From Naegleria gruberi (Eukaryota), in the NCBI GenBank assembly GCA_000004985.1, contig GG738865.1: a stretch of DNA of 64,000 bases; one strand, given 5' to 3'. Below, in pieces: positions 1 through 11,187 of the stretch. The translations under genes were made by a program, and so were the position numbers. Each line of letters begins with the position of its first letter. The stretch's first letter is position 1. The notes below the pieces were generated by a model. That model had not been told where the DNA came from, did no database searches, and saw only the letters and a program-made list of their open reading frames with translations.

Positions 1-567
1 GAAAAGATTCAAATCTTGTTTGCTGAAGATTCTAAGAAATTCACACCAGAATCTTTCTTTGCTGGTATCAATACTTTCATTACCGACTTTAAATTGGCTC
101 ATGCTGAAATTTTGAGAAAGAGAGATATCGAAAAGAAGAAACTCGAAAAGGAACAAAAAGACAAGGAAAGACAACAAAAGGTTATGGACTCGAGAAAGAA
201 GAAAGAAGAAACCAAAAAGATCGAAAGAGAATCAATCTCTGCCCAAACACCAAACGAAGAGGATGGACAACCAGAAGAAAAGGGTGTCCTCGATAAGACA
301 CTCGATTCACTCATGGATGGTTCTGGTTTCAGAAAAGGAGTTTCTGCCAACAAGAAGAAGAAGGCAGCTCAATTAAATGCAGTCAACCTTATCCAAGAAT
401 TGGAAACCAAAAAGCTAGGCTCTCCATCTAACGAAGAAAATTCAACAACAACCCCTCAATCACTGGCCTCACCAAAAGCTCAAGATGAACAAATAACAAC
501 ACCAAGAGGACTTGCAAAAGCTCCAAGTAAGAGAAGACTTAAGAATGGTGGCGATGATGAATTGTAA
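1..567 (+). CDS. 3'-truncated formin gene: C-terminal end of the FH2 domain plus a DAD-like autoinhibitory motif. The gene begins upstream of the window.
   Basis: The frame is open from base 1 (track ORF 16..567). The translation ...FFAGINTFITDFKLAHAEILRK..KKKLEKEQKDKERQQK... resembles the C-terminal helix of FH2 followed by a basic coiled region. GVLDKTLDSLMDGSGFRKG matches the mDia-type DAD consensus G(A/V)MDxLLEAL..G.AF. It resembles the C-terminus of the complete formin at 56367..60365. Confidence 0.6.
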   Translation, partial: EKIQILFAEDSKKFTPESFFAGINTFITDFKLAHAEILRKRDIEKKKLEKEQKDKERQQKVMDSRKKKEETKKIERESISAQTPNEEDGQPEEKGVLDKTLDSLMDGSGFRKGVSANKKKKAAQLNAVNLIQELETKKLGSPSNEENSTTTPQSLASPKAQDEQITTPRGLAKAPSKRRLKNGGDDEL

Positions 568-796
568 ATAAAAAAACTCCCTTAATTAGTTCAATTATAC
601 AAATAATGAAAATTTCCTTAATAATATCTTATACTTTCCAAAGATATTCATAAAATAGATGCATTGAATATTATCTTTGTTTGGTAGTTGAACAATTATA
701 TGAGTTTCTTATTAATTTCATAAACCAATCATTAAAAAATGAAAAGACAACGTTCTTTGTCGGATTCATCAGCTTCCTCATCATCAGCATTATCCG

Positions 797-1129
797 ATGC
801 AGAAGGCCCCTCCTACAAAATATGTTTTTGTAGAACAACCAAATGAACAACAGTTGGAATTATTATTGTCTTCTGATGAAGAAGATTATCAAACTTCGGA
901 GGAGGATTATGAAGATTATTATGATGATCCGTTGACTGATGATGAATTTGATGATGTAGAATATGATTCTGATGGTTCTGGCAATGATTCCGATCCATCA
1001 GACGATTTTTTGGCACAATTGGGTTTACCAATGGGTTTACCAGCTGGATTAGGGTTACCAATCTTTACTGGTGGTACAATTGGCTCAAACTATCCTCAAA
1101 TCTTCCATTTGGTCCATTTGCATCAATGA
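797..1129 (+). CDS. Acidic D/E/Y-rich ORF, probably the 5' part of the downstream gene (1126..3327) or an upstream coding segment interrupted by a frameshift.
   Basis: ATG at 797. The protein is DEEDYQTSEEDYEDYYDDPLTDDEFDDVEYDSDGSGNDSD... Its stop overlaps the next ORF's ATG as caATGAgag. The adjacent frame is open from 988, so a single indel in the GGGTTTACCA repeat (1021-1060) would fuse the two. A further in-frame-1 ATG at 739 (MKRQRSLSDSSASSSS...) is also open across this region. Confidence 0.3.
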   Translation: MQKAPPTKYVFVEQPNEQQLELLLSSDEEDYQTSEEDYEDYYDDPLTDDEFDDVEYDSDGSGNDSDPSDDFLAQLGLPMGLPAGLGLPIFTGGTIGSNYPQIFHLVHLHQ

Positions 1130-3327
1130 GAGAATTTCAAATGCGTGATTTCTTCTTGTTTACTGATGGATTTTTAAAAAGTTATAAAGGAAACTTAGAA
1201 GAACTCAAACAACAGATTGATAGTAGAAATGGAAGAGTTGTAAATAATGCAGAAGCATTCTTTAGAGTAATATTGCTGTCAAGTATGAGTAGACGATATT
1301 GTGAACAATATGAAAAGTACAAATATCTTATGAGTTTGGGAGAGCAAAAAACTGAAGAAGAATGGAAGAGTTTATGCACTACAGATGAGCTTCAACTGTT
1401 CAAAACAGATTCAAAATCCCCAATGTCACCTTCAAAATTTCAGATGTTGAACGCAACTATATACTTGATTTGCACTGAAGATGAGGCAAGAGCGGCCACT
1501 CCACTGTTTACTATGGTAAATTCGTTTACTGATTTTAGTGACCTACCTCATGCAAATATCTTCGCTGAGAAGGGACTTGAGGCCTATTTGAATAATCCAA
1601 GGTCATTGATGATTCCTAGAATGTTTAAGCTTACCAACCCTATTCCTCTTACAAAACACTATGCCATTATGGCAGAATCTGCTGAAAAGAAAGAAGAAAT
1701 ACGTAAATTTTTACTTCAAAACGGTGCACCACATGTAATTGATAATGTGATGGGACCAGAAATTATACTAGACTATAATTCTTTCTGTGTAGTGTATAGT
1801 GATGCTATACCTGACATTATAGCTCATAATGCAGAAACATTGAATTATGAAGCAATTAGCATTGGTATTACGAGTTCTTTTAATGAATTCTACTCATACT
1901 CCTCTGTTGTTCATGCAGTCAATAGTTTGACCAATATTCCACACTCTCCTTTCGTAGAAAAGTACAGACCTTTGCTATTGAAAAACATACCAATTAAGAG
2001 TTTAGTATTATACTACAGAACCCACAGTAGAAAAATGATACCTGAAGATCAATTCCAACAATTTCCAACAATTTCTCCATCTGAAAGAATATCTACCATC
2101 CTTCCTAATGAAGTATTCTTTGTAATCCTAAAATTTTTACCAGTCAATGATATCATGAATAATTTTTCGATTACCTGTAAAAAAGCAAGGAAAATGAGCT
2201 TTGCAGACTACTTGTGGAAGGATATTTGTCTTGCCTATGCTTCCAATTATCCATTCCTGAAACCATTTACAAAAGAGGAAAATCTGACGAGAACCAAGCT
2301 TCCTCACTATTACATATTCAGAAATATCATTAACCCAATTTTAATTGATTACAAATTGGTCACAAACTATATCAATTCTGTATGTAAGGAAGAGCCAGAT
2401 ATTTTCAAACTCGATGTATTCAATAATACTGTAACAACGGCTCTGTACATGGACAGGTATGGCATAGAAGACTCTGAAATCAGTGTTGGTGCAACTAAAA
2501 TGTTTGGAAGTGCTGATCTGCCGCCATGTCTTTACAACACTAAATATGCCACAACTCCTTTATTGTTACAATTGAATATTACCGATTTGAGATCAAAGGG
2601 TATTGGAATACTTTCATTGGAAAATTCTCCATTCAAACACCTGTTCCCACAATCTGGTATCTTGTACTTCTTTAAAGACATGAGCACAGGAAAATCAGAT
2701 GATGGACTTTTATTGCATTATGATGGTGATTTGAGTGAGTTGAAGAGAACAAACGGACAAGAGTTGGCATCAGCTGTTAATTTCTATGAAGCTTTATGTG
2801 TTCCGAAGAGATCTGAAATGGGTTGGAGTAAATCTATTTCCTTAGCTTCTCTAATCACTCCACGTAATAGAGATTTTATGGATGAGTTTGGTGTCGATGA
2901 TTTTGTTTCACAATTGATTCATGCCAAGTTTATTCGTGAAGATGTAACAAAATTGTTTGGAGAATTGGGCTGTTTTACTGAGGGCGAATGGTATGGTGGT
3001 TTTCATGGTGGTTTTAATGATGATCCAGATGATGAAATTTCTCATTCAAGATGCTTAGATAAGTATGTCGATTTGAGACATATGCTTGCTCCAATCTTCC
3101 AGTTGAGTGGAAAATTTAGTATGGGTAGACGAATGGAAGCAATAGGTTTTGCTGCCCTAGTGAATACGAATGATAGACATGCAATGTGGAAGCCATTGAA
3201 TCCAAATATGCCAAATGTCTACACTTTAGATGAATGTTATTGCTCAGATTTTTTCAATCAGGTACCAGCGAAATTCAGAAAAGCCTTCAAAACACTTATT
3301 AAAGAATTTAAACGTGCAGAGTTTTAA
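1126..3327 (+). CDS. Hypothetical 733-aa protein with a central F-box-like motif.
   Basis: Long uninterrupted ORF with the codon bias of its neighbours. ISTILPNEVFFVILKFLPVNDIMNNFSITCKKARKMSFADYLWKDIC fits the F-box pattern LP.E....IL..L......C..W.......LW. I recognise no other domain. Confidence 0.5.
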   Translation: MREFQMRDFFLFTDGFLKSYKGNLEELKQQIDSRNGRVVNNAEAFFRVILLSSMSRRYCEQYEKYKYLMSLGEQKTEEEWKSLCTTDELQLFKTDSKSPMSPSKFQMLNATIYLICTEDEARAATPLFTMVNSFTDFSDLPHANIFAEKGLEAYLNNPRSLMIPRMFKLTNPIPLTKHYAIMAESAEKKEEIRKFLLQNGAPHVIDNVMGPEIILDYNSFCVVYSDAIPDIIAHNAETLNYEAISIGITSSFNEFYSYSSVVHAVNSLTNIPHSPFVEKYRPLLLKNIPIKSLVLYYRTHSRKMIPEDQFQQFPTISPSERISTILPNEVFFVILKFLPVNDIMNNFSITCKKARKMSFADYLWKDICLAYASNYPFLKPFTKEENLTRTKLPHYYIFRNIINPILIDYKLVTNYINSVCKEEPDIFKLDVFNNTVTTALYMDRYGIEDSEISVGATKMFGSADLPPCLYNTKYATTPLLLQLNITDLRSKGIGILSLENSPFKHLFPQSGILYFFKDMSTGKSDDGLLLHYDGDLSELKRTNGQELASAVNFYEALCVPKRSEMGWSKSISLASLITPRNRDFMDEFGVDDFVSQLIHAKFIREDVTKLFGELGCFTEGEWYGGFHGGFNDDPDDEISHSRCLDKYVDLRHMLAPIFQLSGKFSMGRRMEAIGFAALVNTNDRHAMWKPLNPNMPNVYTLDECYCSDFFNQVPAKFRKAFKTLIKEFKRAEF

Positions 3328-3383
3328 TAATAAATTTTAAAGCCTTTACACATTCTTGTATTAACTGAATCAAAAAAAACAAC

Positions 3384-4016
<633 letters not shown>

Positions 4017-4020
<4 letters not shown>

Positions 4021-5586
4021 ATAGTTGCAAAATTATTGAAACATGTACTAATAAATAACATGATTAATGTTGAAATAATGTAATGGAAATAAGGTGAGGC
4101 AATGTTTGATCCGTTTGGACCCAGAAAGGTTGTAGTTGAATTTTTCGTAGAATTACTACTGGTACTATTGAACCAGTGTGAGCTATTTGATGTTGAATTA
4201 CTGAGACTTGGTGTTGATGGACTTGGTATTGGTGTTGGGATGGGAAGAGGTATTGAACTGTTTGAGTTAATAGTCGTGTTACTATTTGTTAAAGTACAAT
4301 TCGAAGCAGTACAATTGCTTGTTGAGTTGTTTACAGAAATACTTGAATTGCTATTGGTGGTCGAATTACTTGCACCATTATTACTGCTGGTTGTATTAGT
4401 GGTGTTATTCACTGTTGGTGTGTTAGTATTGTTGGAAATGGTGGTTGTATTTGTCGTGTTATTCACTGTTGGTGTGGATAGTGAGCTAGGTGTAACAACA
4501 GAGTAAGATTTTACTCCAACAGAAGGTACAACAGACTTGATGAATGATAGGTAATGAGTGGTGTTTGTATAGACACCCTTATTATTATAGGTTTGAGCCT
4601 CTCCACATCCATCATCTCCATAGCTTGACGAATATTAAGCTTAATGAATCAGTCTTACTTACCTTACAATTCCCAAGACAATAAAATCATTTGAGGAATC
4701 CACTCTGAATAATGGGCCACCACTATCTCCAGCACCTATAAAGGTCAGTAATTATAAGAAATAGAAATAACTTACAAGAGTCATGACCGTTTCCTCCTGC
4801 ACAAATTTGATTTGGAGTAATCATATCAAGCAAAAGACAAACACTGACTGGGTTGACAACAACGTTTGTCTTCATCAACATTGTAGGAAGACTTGTACCA
4901 GTTGTATATCCCCAACCAGATACTGTCAATGATTTAGAACCATCAATTGGATAAGTACCTCCTTCAACCTTAGCCAACTTGACCAATGTTCCATCTACTG
5001 GAATAGATGATTGTAATTCGAGAATAGCAATATCATTTCTTGTAGTTTGCTCATCATAATTTGGATGAACTGTGATAGCCTTTCCTCTATATCTGGTACA
5101 AGTACTACATGTTCTGTCATTGGATCCTGGCAAGATGTAGACAGTCGTTGGATTATCAACAGTTGTTCCACTAACAAAACAGTGAGCTGCACTCAGGACA
5201 AAATTTGGAGCAATCAAAGAACCTCCACAATAGTGTTGCCTTGAAGATGATTGAATTGAGACGAGGAAGGGAAATTCATGGGATGAAGCTTGAGTTCCTC
5301 CAGCAATCTTTGAATCCTTGATTCCTCTCAAAATAATAGAGGCAATAGTCAAGCTTGATGGTCTATAACTTTGCTTGTAGGATTGGAAAGCAGGGGTGAA
5401 GTATCTAGTCAATTCCTTGCTGATTTGTTCCTTCTTATTAATATTGAACAAGGATGAAGCTTGCACACTCCCGATAGGATGATTCATCATTAAAAAAACA
5501 CTCATCACTACAACAACCAAACAAAAGATCCTCATTGGATGGTAGTACCCTTGTGCACTGCACTTTTCAATCCTCAATTTATCCAT
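4017..5586 (-). CDS. Secreted trypsin-like (S1 family) serine protease with a S/T/N-rich mucin-like stalk and a C-terminal GPI-anchor-type signal, in 3 exons.
   Basis: Model complement(join(4017..4623, 4663..4735, 4776..5586)), introns 39 and 40 nt, about 496 aa. There is an N-terminal signal peptide (MRIFCLVVVVMSVFLMM...). The catalytic triad motifs are LSAAHC (His), TRNDIAILEL (Asp) and, across an intron, DSC|AGDSGGPLF (Ser). The domain ends GIVSYGDDGCGEAQTYNNKGVYTNTTHYLSFIK. About 150 aa of NxT/NxS-rich low complexity follow, then GSNIASPYFHYIISTLIMLFISTCFNNFATI, a small-residue site followed by a hydrophobic tail. Confidence 0.8.
4100..4500. repeat. Coding low-complexity/microsatellite-like region (AAT/ACA/ACC-rich) encoding the N/T/S mucin-like stalk of the protease gene.
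   Basis: Reiterated gtgaataacac / aacaccactaatacaacc units produce an open antisense frame (track ORF 4102..4506 on the plus strand), which is an artefact of the repeat. Confidence 0.6.
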
Positions 5587-5823
5587 TTTTTATGTTATTA
5601 ATTGTATAATGATATTTGTTTGCTTCAGTACAGTGTACTTTTAGGCGCGGGTTTATTGGAAATGATGGAGATTGAGGTCTTTTTTCTTTGAGAATGTTGT
5701 TAAGGCAACCAACACAAACAATGCATAGAGAACTCAGTTTGCAATCTTATCATCAAATAGAATTTAGTTTGAAAGCCGATCTGTACAGTTAAAGTTCCAA
5801 TTAGAATAACAAACACACAAAAA

Positions 5824-7311
5824 ATGATGATACGAGACTTGTTGAGATTTATAATGATTATTGGAGGATTTACCATCCTCTTCTCAATATTTATGCCATT
5901 ATTATTGTTAAAACCTCCTTCAATTTCGGATGGTGGAAAGGGAATCGGAACGAACAGAATTGCTACAAATATTGATATGAATAATCCAGCTTCTGTGAAG
6001 GCAATTTTAAAAGAATACAGAAAGGAACATACTCTTCCCTATTATTTTGATAGATATTTAAAAACTTTAAAAATTGATGATTTATTGGAGGATTATGCCG
6101 AGTTTCATCAAAAGCATAGGAATACCTATTGTTCATCATCGGATCAAAAAAAGGATTTTCCTTCTGTTGGAGTATTAGTATTTAGACCATGGCAAAGCAG
6201 TGGATTGGCCAATGTTATGATTGGTCTTACTTCAAGTTTTTTACTTTCCATACTTTCGGGAAGGTTGTTCTTTATTAATTGGTATGGCCACTATTATTGC
6301 AACATTCATGCCAAATCACTATTCACCAAACCACATGATAAATTTGATTGGTGGTATGAAGACTTTATGAATCCTGATAATGTCAACCAATGTTCAGTCA
6401 ATTATCCTAAATTGAAAATTCCAGGTATTTATGATGATAGCTTGAAAAACTATTATGGAAATATAGAATTAACACACAGAGGAAGAGAATCAGATTACAT
6501 GTTTGAACTTTTAAAATGTTTAAATATTACTGAGGAGTTTGATAATATGGGACCAATAATTGAAGTGACAAGTAATCAATACTATTTACCTCTACTCATT
6601 CAATATAATCCATTCTATCATACATTGTTAAATACCATGTTTCCTGATGCTGACATGTTTGGTCCACTCTCCAGATTTTTATATCATCCTCTTCCTTCTA
6701 TTCAACACAGAGTTGATAAATACCTTACAGACCACAATATTTACATATCCAACACCTTGCTAGGAAACAAGAAACAAGGTAACACTGTCATGTACGGAAT
6801 TCAAATTAGAAGAAACGAAAATGAAAAGCAAATAGACTGGTTTAGAGAAAAACACGAGAAATTCTTTTGGAAAGCTTGTAGAGATGAGCTAATTTCAAAA
6901 CACAACAAAAGATTCCCAAATATGGATTATAAGATTATGGTCATTTCAGATAATGTTACAGTTGTTGAACATGCTAAAAATGAATTCGGACAAAATAGAA
7001 TACTTCATTATGAAGAACAAAAACTAACCTTCTCTCGAGATGGTGAAAGTGTTGTTGGAGCCCTCATTGATTCCTGGCTCTTCAGTCATAGTCATGGATT
7101 TGTTGTGAGTAAGCATTCAACTTTTGGTAATTTGGGACACGGCAGAGCGTCCATAAAACCTTTTATTGTGTACCATTACAATAATGGCGAATCATGCACA
7201 TGGTTCGCTCCTCAAACCAGTGAACCAGAATTCCATTGGTATGGAAGGCATAGGGAAATTACATCATGTAGAGCTGTGGCATTGAAGAGGAAGCGAAAGA
7301 GACAAGATTAG
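5824..7311 (+). CDS. Type II membrane protein, a putative Golgi glycosyltransferase with a GT37/GT11-like fucosyltransferase C-terminal motif.
   Basis: ATG at 5824. An N-terminal signal anchor (IMIIGGFTILFSIFMPLLLL) precedes a large lumenal domain. The C-terminal segment ALIDSWLFSHSHGFVVSKHSTFGNLGHGRASIKPFIV resembles the AL.E.YLLS..D.LVTS.WSTFGYVAQGL..LKPWIL motif of plant-type xyloglucan/alpha-1,2-fucosyltransferases. The family assignment is from memory and tentative. Confidence 0.5.
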   Translation: MMIRDLLRFIMIIGGFTILFSIFMPLLLLKPPSISDGGKGIGTNRIATNIDMNNPASVKAILKEYRKEHTLPYYFDRYLKTLKIDDLLEDYAEFHQKHRNTYCSSSDQKKDFPSVGVLVFRPWQSSGLANVMIGLTSSFLLSILSGRLFFINWYGHYYCNIHAKSLFTKPHDKFDWWYEDFMNPDNVNQCSVNYPKLKIPGIYDDSLKNYYGNIELTHRGRESDYMFELLKCLNITEEFDNMGPIIEVTSNQYYLPLLIQYNPFYHTLLNTMFPDADMFGPLSRFLYHPLPSIQHRVDKYLTDHNIYISNTLLGNKKQGNTVMYGIQIRRNENEKQIDWFREKHEKFFWKACRDELISKHNKRFPNMDYKIMVISDNVTVVEHAKNEFGQNRILHYEEQKLTFSRDGESVVGALIDSWLFSHSHGFVVSKHSTFGNLGHGRASIKPFIVYHYNNGESCTWFAPQTSEPEFHWYGRHREITSCRAVALKRKRKRQD

Positions 7312-8744
7312 AAAGTTGGTGCATCAGATACAGGATATTTGGATAACCAAATTCTAATTATCTGAACGGTTAGACCAACCAATTGTACTAGCTTATTCTG
7401 TACCTTGTGCTTGATTGAATCAATACGCAATACTTGCTCTAGAAATATTAAAGCTAGCTCAGCATGTTGGATGGTTGGAAATGGTAATAGCCCATCCTCT
7501 TTAAAATAGGTATTCTCTTTTAGTATTGCAATGCAGTATAAATATATGAATTTTTGTGATGATGTCAAAATGCAAGTGTTACTGTTAGCATTTTGAGACA
7601 ATCCAACATGAATACCATGGACATAGGATACATTATCTTGTGAATGAACTTGTGTAACACGTGTTTCCTTCTCAAAATCTACATATTCACTGTTGGAGAA
7701 GAATCTAACAACTGATCCTTTGCAACATGGAGCTGTTGAGCATAAATATTCTTGTCTTTCTGTGTATTGCTCTTTCCACTCGGTACATGTAGCTCCAAAG
7801 GATACCAAAACATCTCCATGATTAGAGTAGGCTTTGTTCAATTGGTGTTCCAACTCATCAATAATCTCATATTTTATGTCATCGTTCACCTCATGATTAG
7901 GTCCCCTAAAGTCCTTAATTAATTGATTCTTATAATTCAATGCTGTATAATTAAGCGATTCATCTTCATTGGAAACCTTTGATATTACAGCACAGTTATA
8001 TTTCCATTGGTGTGCCCCAAATATTTGAGGAGGAACTTGAGGAACGACAACACTCTTGTGATGAAAGAAAGGAGTTTCAAGGAGAATCAAGTCTTCACCA
8101 CAATGCAATAGCTCATCTACAGAAAGCTTATCATTATAAAAGCTGACACTCCCAGTCTTGGGAATGGTTCCATTCAGCAAGAGAAGAGGAGAGTATCTCC
8201 AGGACCAACCCTTTTTATCATCAAAGAGGCTTTTACACGATATTGCAAATCTGTTTGTGAGGAAGAAGGCATTCCCTTTAGGATTACACTTAATACAAGG
8301 ACCAATGTATGACGAAAAGTCGATATTGGTCTCAAAATCGTTTAGTTGTGAATCTGAAACTCTTGTTTCTCCTACCAACAAGATGTTTCCTGAAGCATAT
8401 CCAATCATTGGAATAAGTATTCTGTACTCCTCATCATTACTTTCGTCCATTTCATCTCCTCTTGTTGATGAATCATTGCTAGAGGTTGTGAAGCAAATAA
8501 GCATTCCTTCCTTTTTCGTCTTTCTCATTTTTAAGGCTTTTTTTGAGTTGTTATTTGATGATGATCGTAAGGCGTAATAATTCAACACGATGAAAAAATG
8601 ATTAAAATTGGCTGTGTGATGGATAGTACTAAGCAATTTATTCTCTGTTTGACAATATGATGGATATATTGTGAGCAATGAGAATTCCTTCAAATTGCCA
8701 ATACAATGTATCAAGAGTTGGACATTGTAAAAATCATTTACCAT
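7308..8744 (-). CDS. Hypothetical Cys-rich protein; an alternative start at the internal Met (about 8528) is possible.
   Basis: ATG at 8744 and a second in-frame ATG (MRKTKKEG...) 72 codons downstream. A 478-codon ORF with no in-frame stops in an otherwise stop-dense AT-rich context. I recognise no domain. Its stop codon overlaps the stop of the convergent gene ending at 7311. Confidence 0.45.
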   Translation of the reverse strand: MVNDFYNVQLLIHCIGNLKEFSLLTIYPSYCQTENKLLSTIHHTANFNHFFIVLNYYALRSSSNNNSKKALKMRKTKKEGMLICFTTSSNDSSTRGDEMDESNDEEYRILIPMIGYASGNILLVGETRVSDSQLNDFETNIDFSSYIGPCIKCNPKGNAFFLTNRFAISCKSLFDDKKGWSWRYSPLLLLNGTIPKTGSVSFYNDKLSVDELLHCGEDLILLETPFFHHKSVVVPQVPPQIFGAHQWKYNCAVISKVSNEDESLNYTALNYKNQLIKDFRGPNHEVNDDIKYEIIDELEHQLNKAYSNHGDVLVSFGATCTEWKEQYTERQEYLCSTAPCCKGSVVRFFSNSEYVDFEKETRVTQVHSQDNVSYVHGIHVGLSQNANSNTCILTSSQKFIYLYCIAILKENTYFKEDGLLPFPTIQHAELALIFLEQVLRIDSIKHKVQNKLVQLVGLTVQIIRIWLSKYPVSDAPTF

Positions 8745-8902
8745 CCGACTGTCGTTGATGAATTACCACTATTAGAACTCAATCACAAACCAATTCTCTT
8801 TTGGATTCAAATGGTTTTTAAGACAAATGGTATTGTTACAAAAGTGAACATCTCAACTTTACAACTTGATGTTCTAATAATAACAATCATCACAAACAAA
8901 AA

Positions 8903-10046
8903 ATGTCAAAGCTTAACATTAACTCTAGAATTACACTCAATGATGGTACCCAAATGCCAATGTAAGTTATTTTGTGATGCTATATGAATATTCATGATTT
9001 CCATCTCTTGATTAATATTAAATTTTCATGATGATCAATAATAATTGTATTTAGTATTGGATTGGGAACATGGAGATCCGAACCACAAAAAGTGAAGGAA
9101 GCTGTCATTGTTGCTATTGAATCTGGTTATAGACACATTGATTGTGCTGCTTTGTATGGCAACGAAAAGGAAATTGGAGAAGCCCTCGAAGAAGTCATCA
9201 AGAGAGGAGTTGTTAAGAGAGAAGAATTGTGGATCACCAGTAAAATTTGGAATACTCACAAGAGAGCTGCTAATGTTAGAGCTGCTTTTGAAAAGACTCT
9301 TTCCGATTTGAAACTGTATGTTTATGAATTATTATTCATAATTATTTTAATTATTATTTGATTATTATTTATTTAATTTATATTTAAATAATAACAATAG
9401 TGAATATTTGGATCAATATCTTATTCACTGGCCTATTGCTTTCGAATTTGCTGGAATTGAATTGAAGGATTATGCTTGTATTGTACCAAGAGAAGAAAGT
9501 GGAAAAATTGCCAAGGTTGACTTTGTTCCATTCAAAGAAACATGGGGTGAATTGGAAAAATTAGTTGAAGAAGGAAAAATCAAATCAATCGGAATCAGTA
9601 ACTTTAGTGTCACTGATACTTGTAACTTGTATGCTGAAAATATCAAAATCAAACCAGCTGTCAACCAAATTGAAGCTCACCCATATTTCACAAACACTAG
9701 ATTGATGCAAACAATGAAATCATCTCAATTCAAGGAAATCAACACTGTTGCTTATTGTCCACTAGGTAGAGGTGGTGAAAATGCTCCAATTTCTGATCCA
9801 GTTGTCATTGAAATTGCTCAAAAGTATTCCAAATCACCTGCTCAAGTTGTCATTAGATGGGCTCTCCAAAGAGGAAGCATTATCGTTCCAAAATCCGTCA
9901 CACCAGAAAGAATTAAGGAAAATATCAATGTCTTTGACTTTGAATTGAACGAAGAAGATATGAATAAGATTTCAGAATTAGGAAAGAAGAGAAAGAGAGC
10001 TGTTGATCCAATCGGATCCTGGGGCATTTCAGTATTTGAAGATTAA
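8903..10046 (+). CDS. Aldo-keto reductase (aldose reductase family), in 3 exons.
   Basis: Model join(8903..8961, 9055..9315, 9401..10046), introns 93 and 85 nt (GTAAGT..TAG, GTATGT..TAG), 321 aa. The protein reads [64 protein letters not shown]...DLKLEYLDQYLIHWP...NQIEAHPYF...CPLGRG... These are the canonical AKR motifs (GLGTW, [15 protein letters not shown]). Confidence 0.85.
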
Positions 10047-10165
10047 CTGTATTATTATAATAGTAGACAAATAAATGTCTACATAATATTTTCACACAAC
10101 ATGTTAAAGTAAAAAGTCTTTGATTCAAATAATTCGTTTAATTTTGAAATTTTGATTGAAAAAAA

Positions 10166-11164
10166 ATGATGATGCACATTTCACGGGCAACAAATACCCA
10201 TGCACCTCAACAAATTCATCAAACTCTGATGAGGACTTGTTCCTACAGAATGTTTTCGCTTCGGGTGAAAAATTGTGCTAAAAATTATAATAGACACATT
10301 ATTCATTGGATAAATTGTTCGGAATATGAAAAAGTAACAATTTTAAATAACAAGAATCAACAATGCTCTTATAGGACATGCGGAATGATGAGAGATGCCA
10401 GTAGACAATCCCTTGTTGAAAAGGAAGAATCTAATGTGCTTGAAACTTTTGCAAATATTCATAATCACATTAATACTCTCGAACAAAAATTAACTTTTGA
10501 AAGTGTGGAAGAAAGAGATTTATACTTTGAAACACTTTTTAGTCTCTTGGAAAATGTTGCTAAAGGAATTGAAAAGTTGACATGGTTGCAAGGAACAAAG
10601 ACTTTCAGCTCTGATGAAGAGGTTGAATTTGTTTCTCCTTTTGATGATCCATTTTCAGGAGCTGATGAATATGCACCAAAAGAAGAAAAGAGAAGTAAAT
10701 TGGACAAATTGATTGAGAGAGTATTGGATGTTTTGCATAAATATGGAACTAAACCTGAATCTATTGAAAATCAAAGTAATTATGCAATGACTTTACCAAC
10801 TATTGGCTTAGAAATTTATTCAATGATGAAAAGATATGCTATGGAATTTGAAAGATGTTCTGCCAACGAAATTACACCATTTTTAGAAAACGATTGTTTC
10901 TTTGCTTTTAATCAAAATGTTATGAACTACTTGTTACGTTACTTTGCAGATACTAAGGATAAAACAAATACCCTTATCATTCTGAAAGATATGCAACAAA
11001 TGCAACTTGGAGCCAATGTAGTTACCTATAATATTCTTATTAGATATGCACTTCTTGGAGAAGATAAGGGTCAAGCAGTCAAACTTGCCAAATATATGAA
11101 ACAACAAGGACTTGAAATTGATCAACAAACCAAAGATTTGCTCCGACAACACAGATTAATGTAA
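10166..11164 (+). CDS. Pentatricopeptide-repeat (PPR) protein, probably organellar.
   Basis: ATG at 10166. The C-terminal half has PPR-like 35-aa helical repeats (e.g. ANVVTYNILIRYALLGEDKGQAVKLAKYMKQQGLEIDQQT and NYAMTLPTIGLEIYSMMKRYAMEFERC). The N-terminus is basic with few acidic residues and is consistent with a presequence. Confidence 0.5.
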   Translation: MMMHISRATNTHAPQQIHQTLMRTCSYRMFSLRVKNCAKNYNRHIIHWINCSEYEKVTILNNKNQQCSYRTCGMMRDASRQSLVEKEESNVLETFANIHNHINTLEQKLTFESVEERDLYFETLFSLLENVAKGIEKLTWLQGTKTFSSDEEVEFVSPFDDPFSGADEYAPKEEKRSKLDKLIERVLDVLHKYGTKPESIENQSNYAMTLPTIGLEIYSMMKRYAMEFERCSANEITPFLENDCFFAFNQNVMNYLLRYFADTKDKTNTLIILKDMQQMQLGANVVTYNILIRYALLGEDKGQAVKLAKYMKQQGLEIDQQTKDLLRQHRLM

Positions 11165-11187
11165 AAAAAAGTAAAAACTCTTTTTAT

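Noticed and set aside
4102-4506. 134-aa plus-strand ORF antisense to the protease stalk, and similar antisense ORFs (24660..24983, 58256..58873, 58453..58803, 56327..56764)
   Set aside because: They are open only because the sense strand encodes low-complexity N/T/S, poly-Pro or K/E-rich repeats. Their composition (Leu/Val/Gly runs) is the complement of those repeats, and they lack start context.
8706-8987. Track ORF 8706..8987 (+) upstream of the aldo-keto reductase
   Set aside because: It is in a different frame from the real first exon (ATG 8903..8961), which splices to 9055. It reads through AT-rich leader and intron sequence.
9060-9090. tRNA-like TpsiC arm string (gatccgaacc) and a general scan for tRNA/rRNA
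   Set aside because: The string lies inside the AKR coding exon and no cloverleaf can be built around it. I found no GTTCRANYC box with a matching acceptor stem anywhere, and no rDNA-like GC-rich block.
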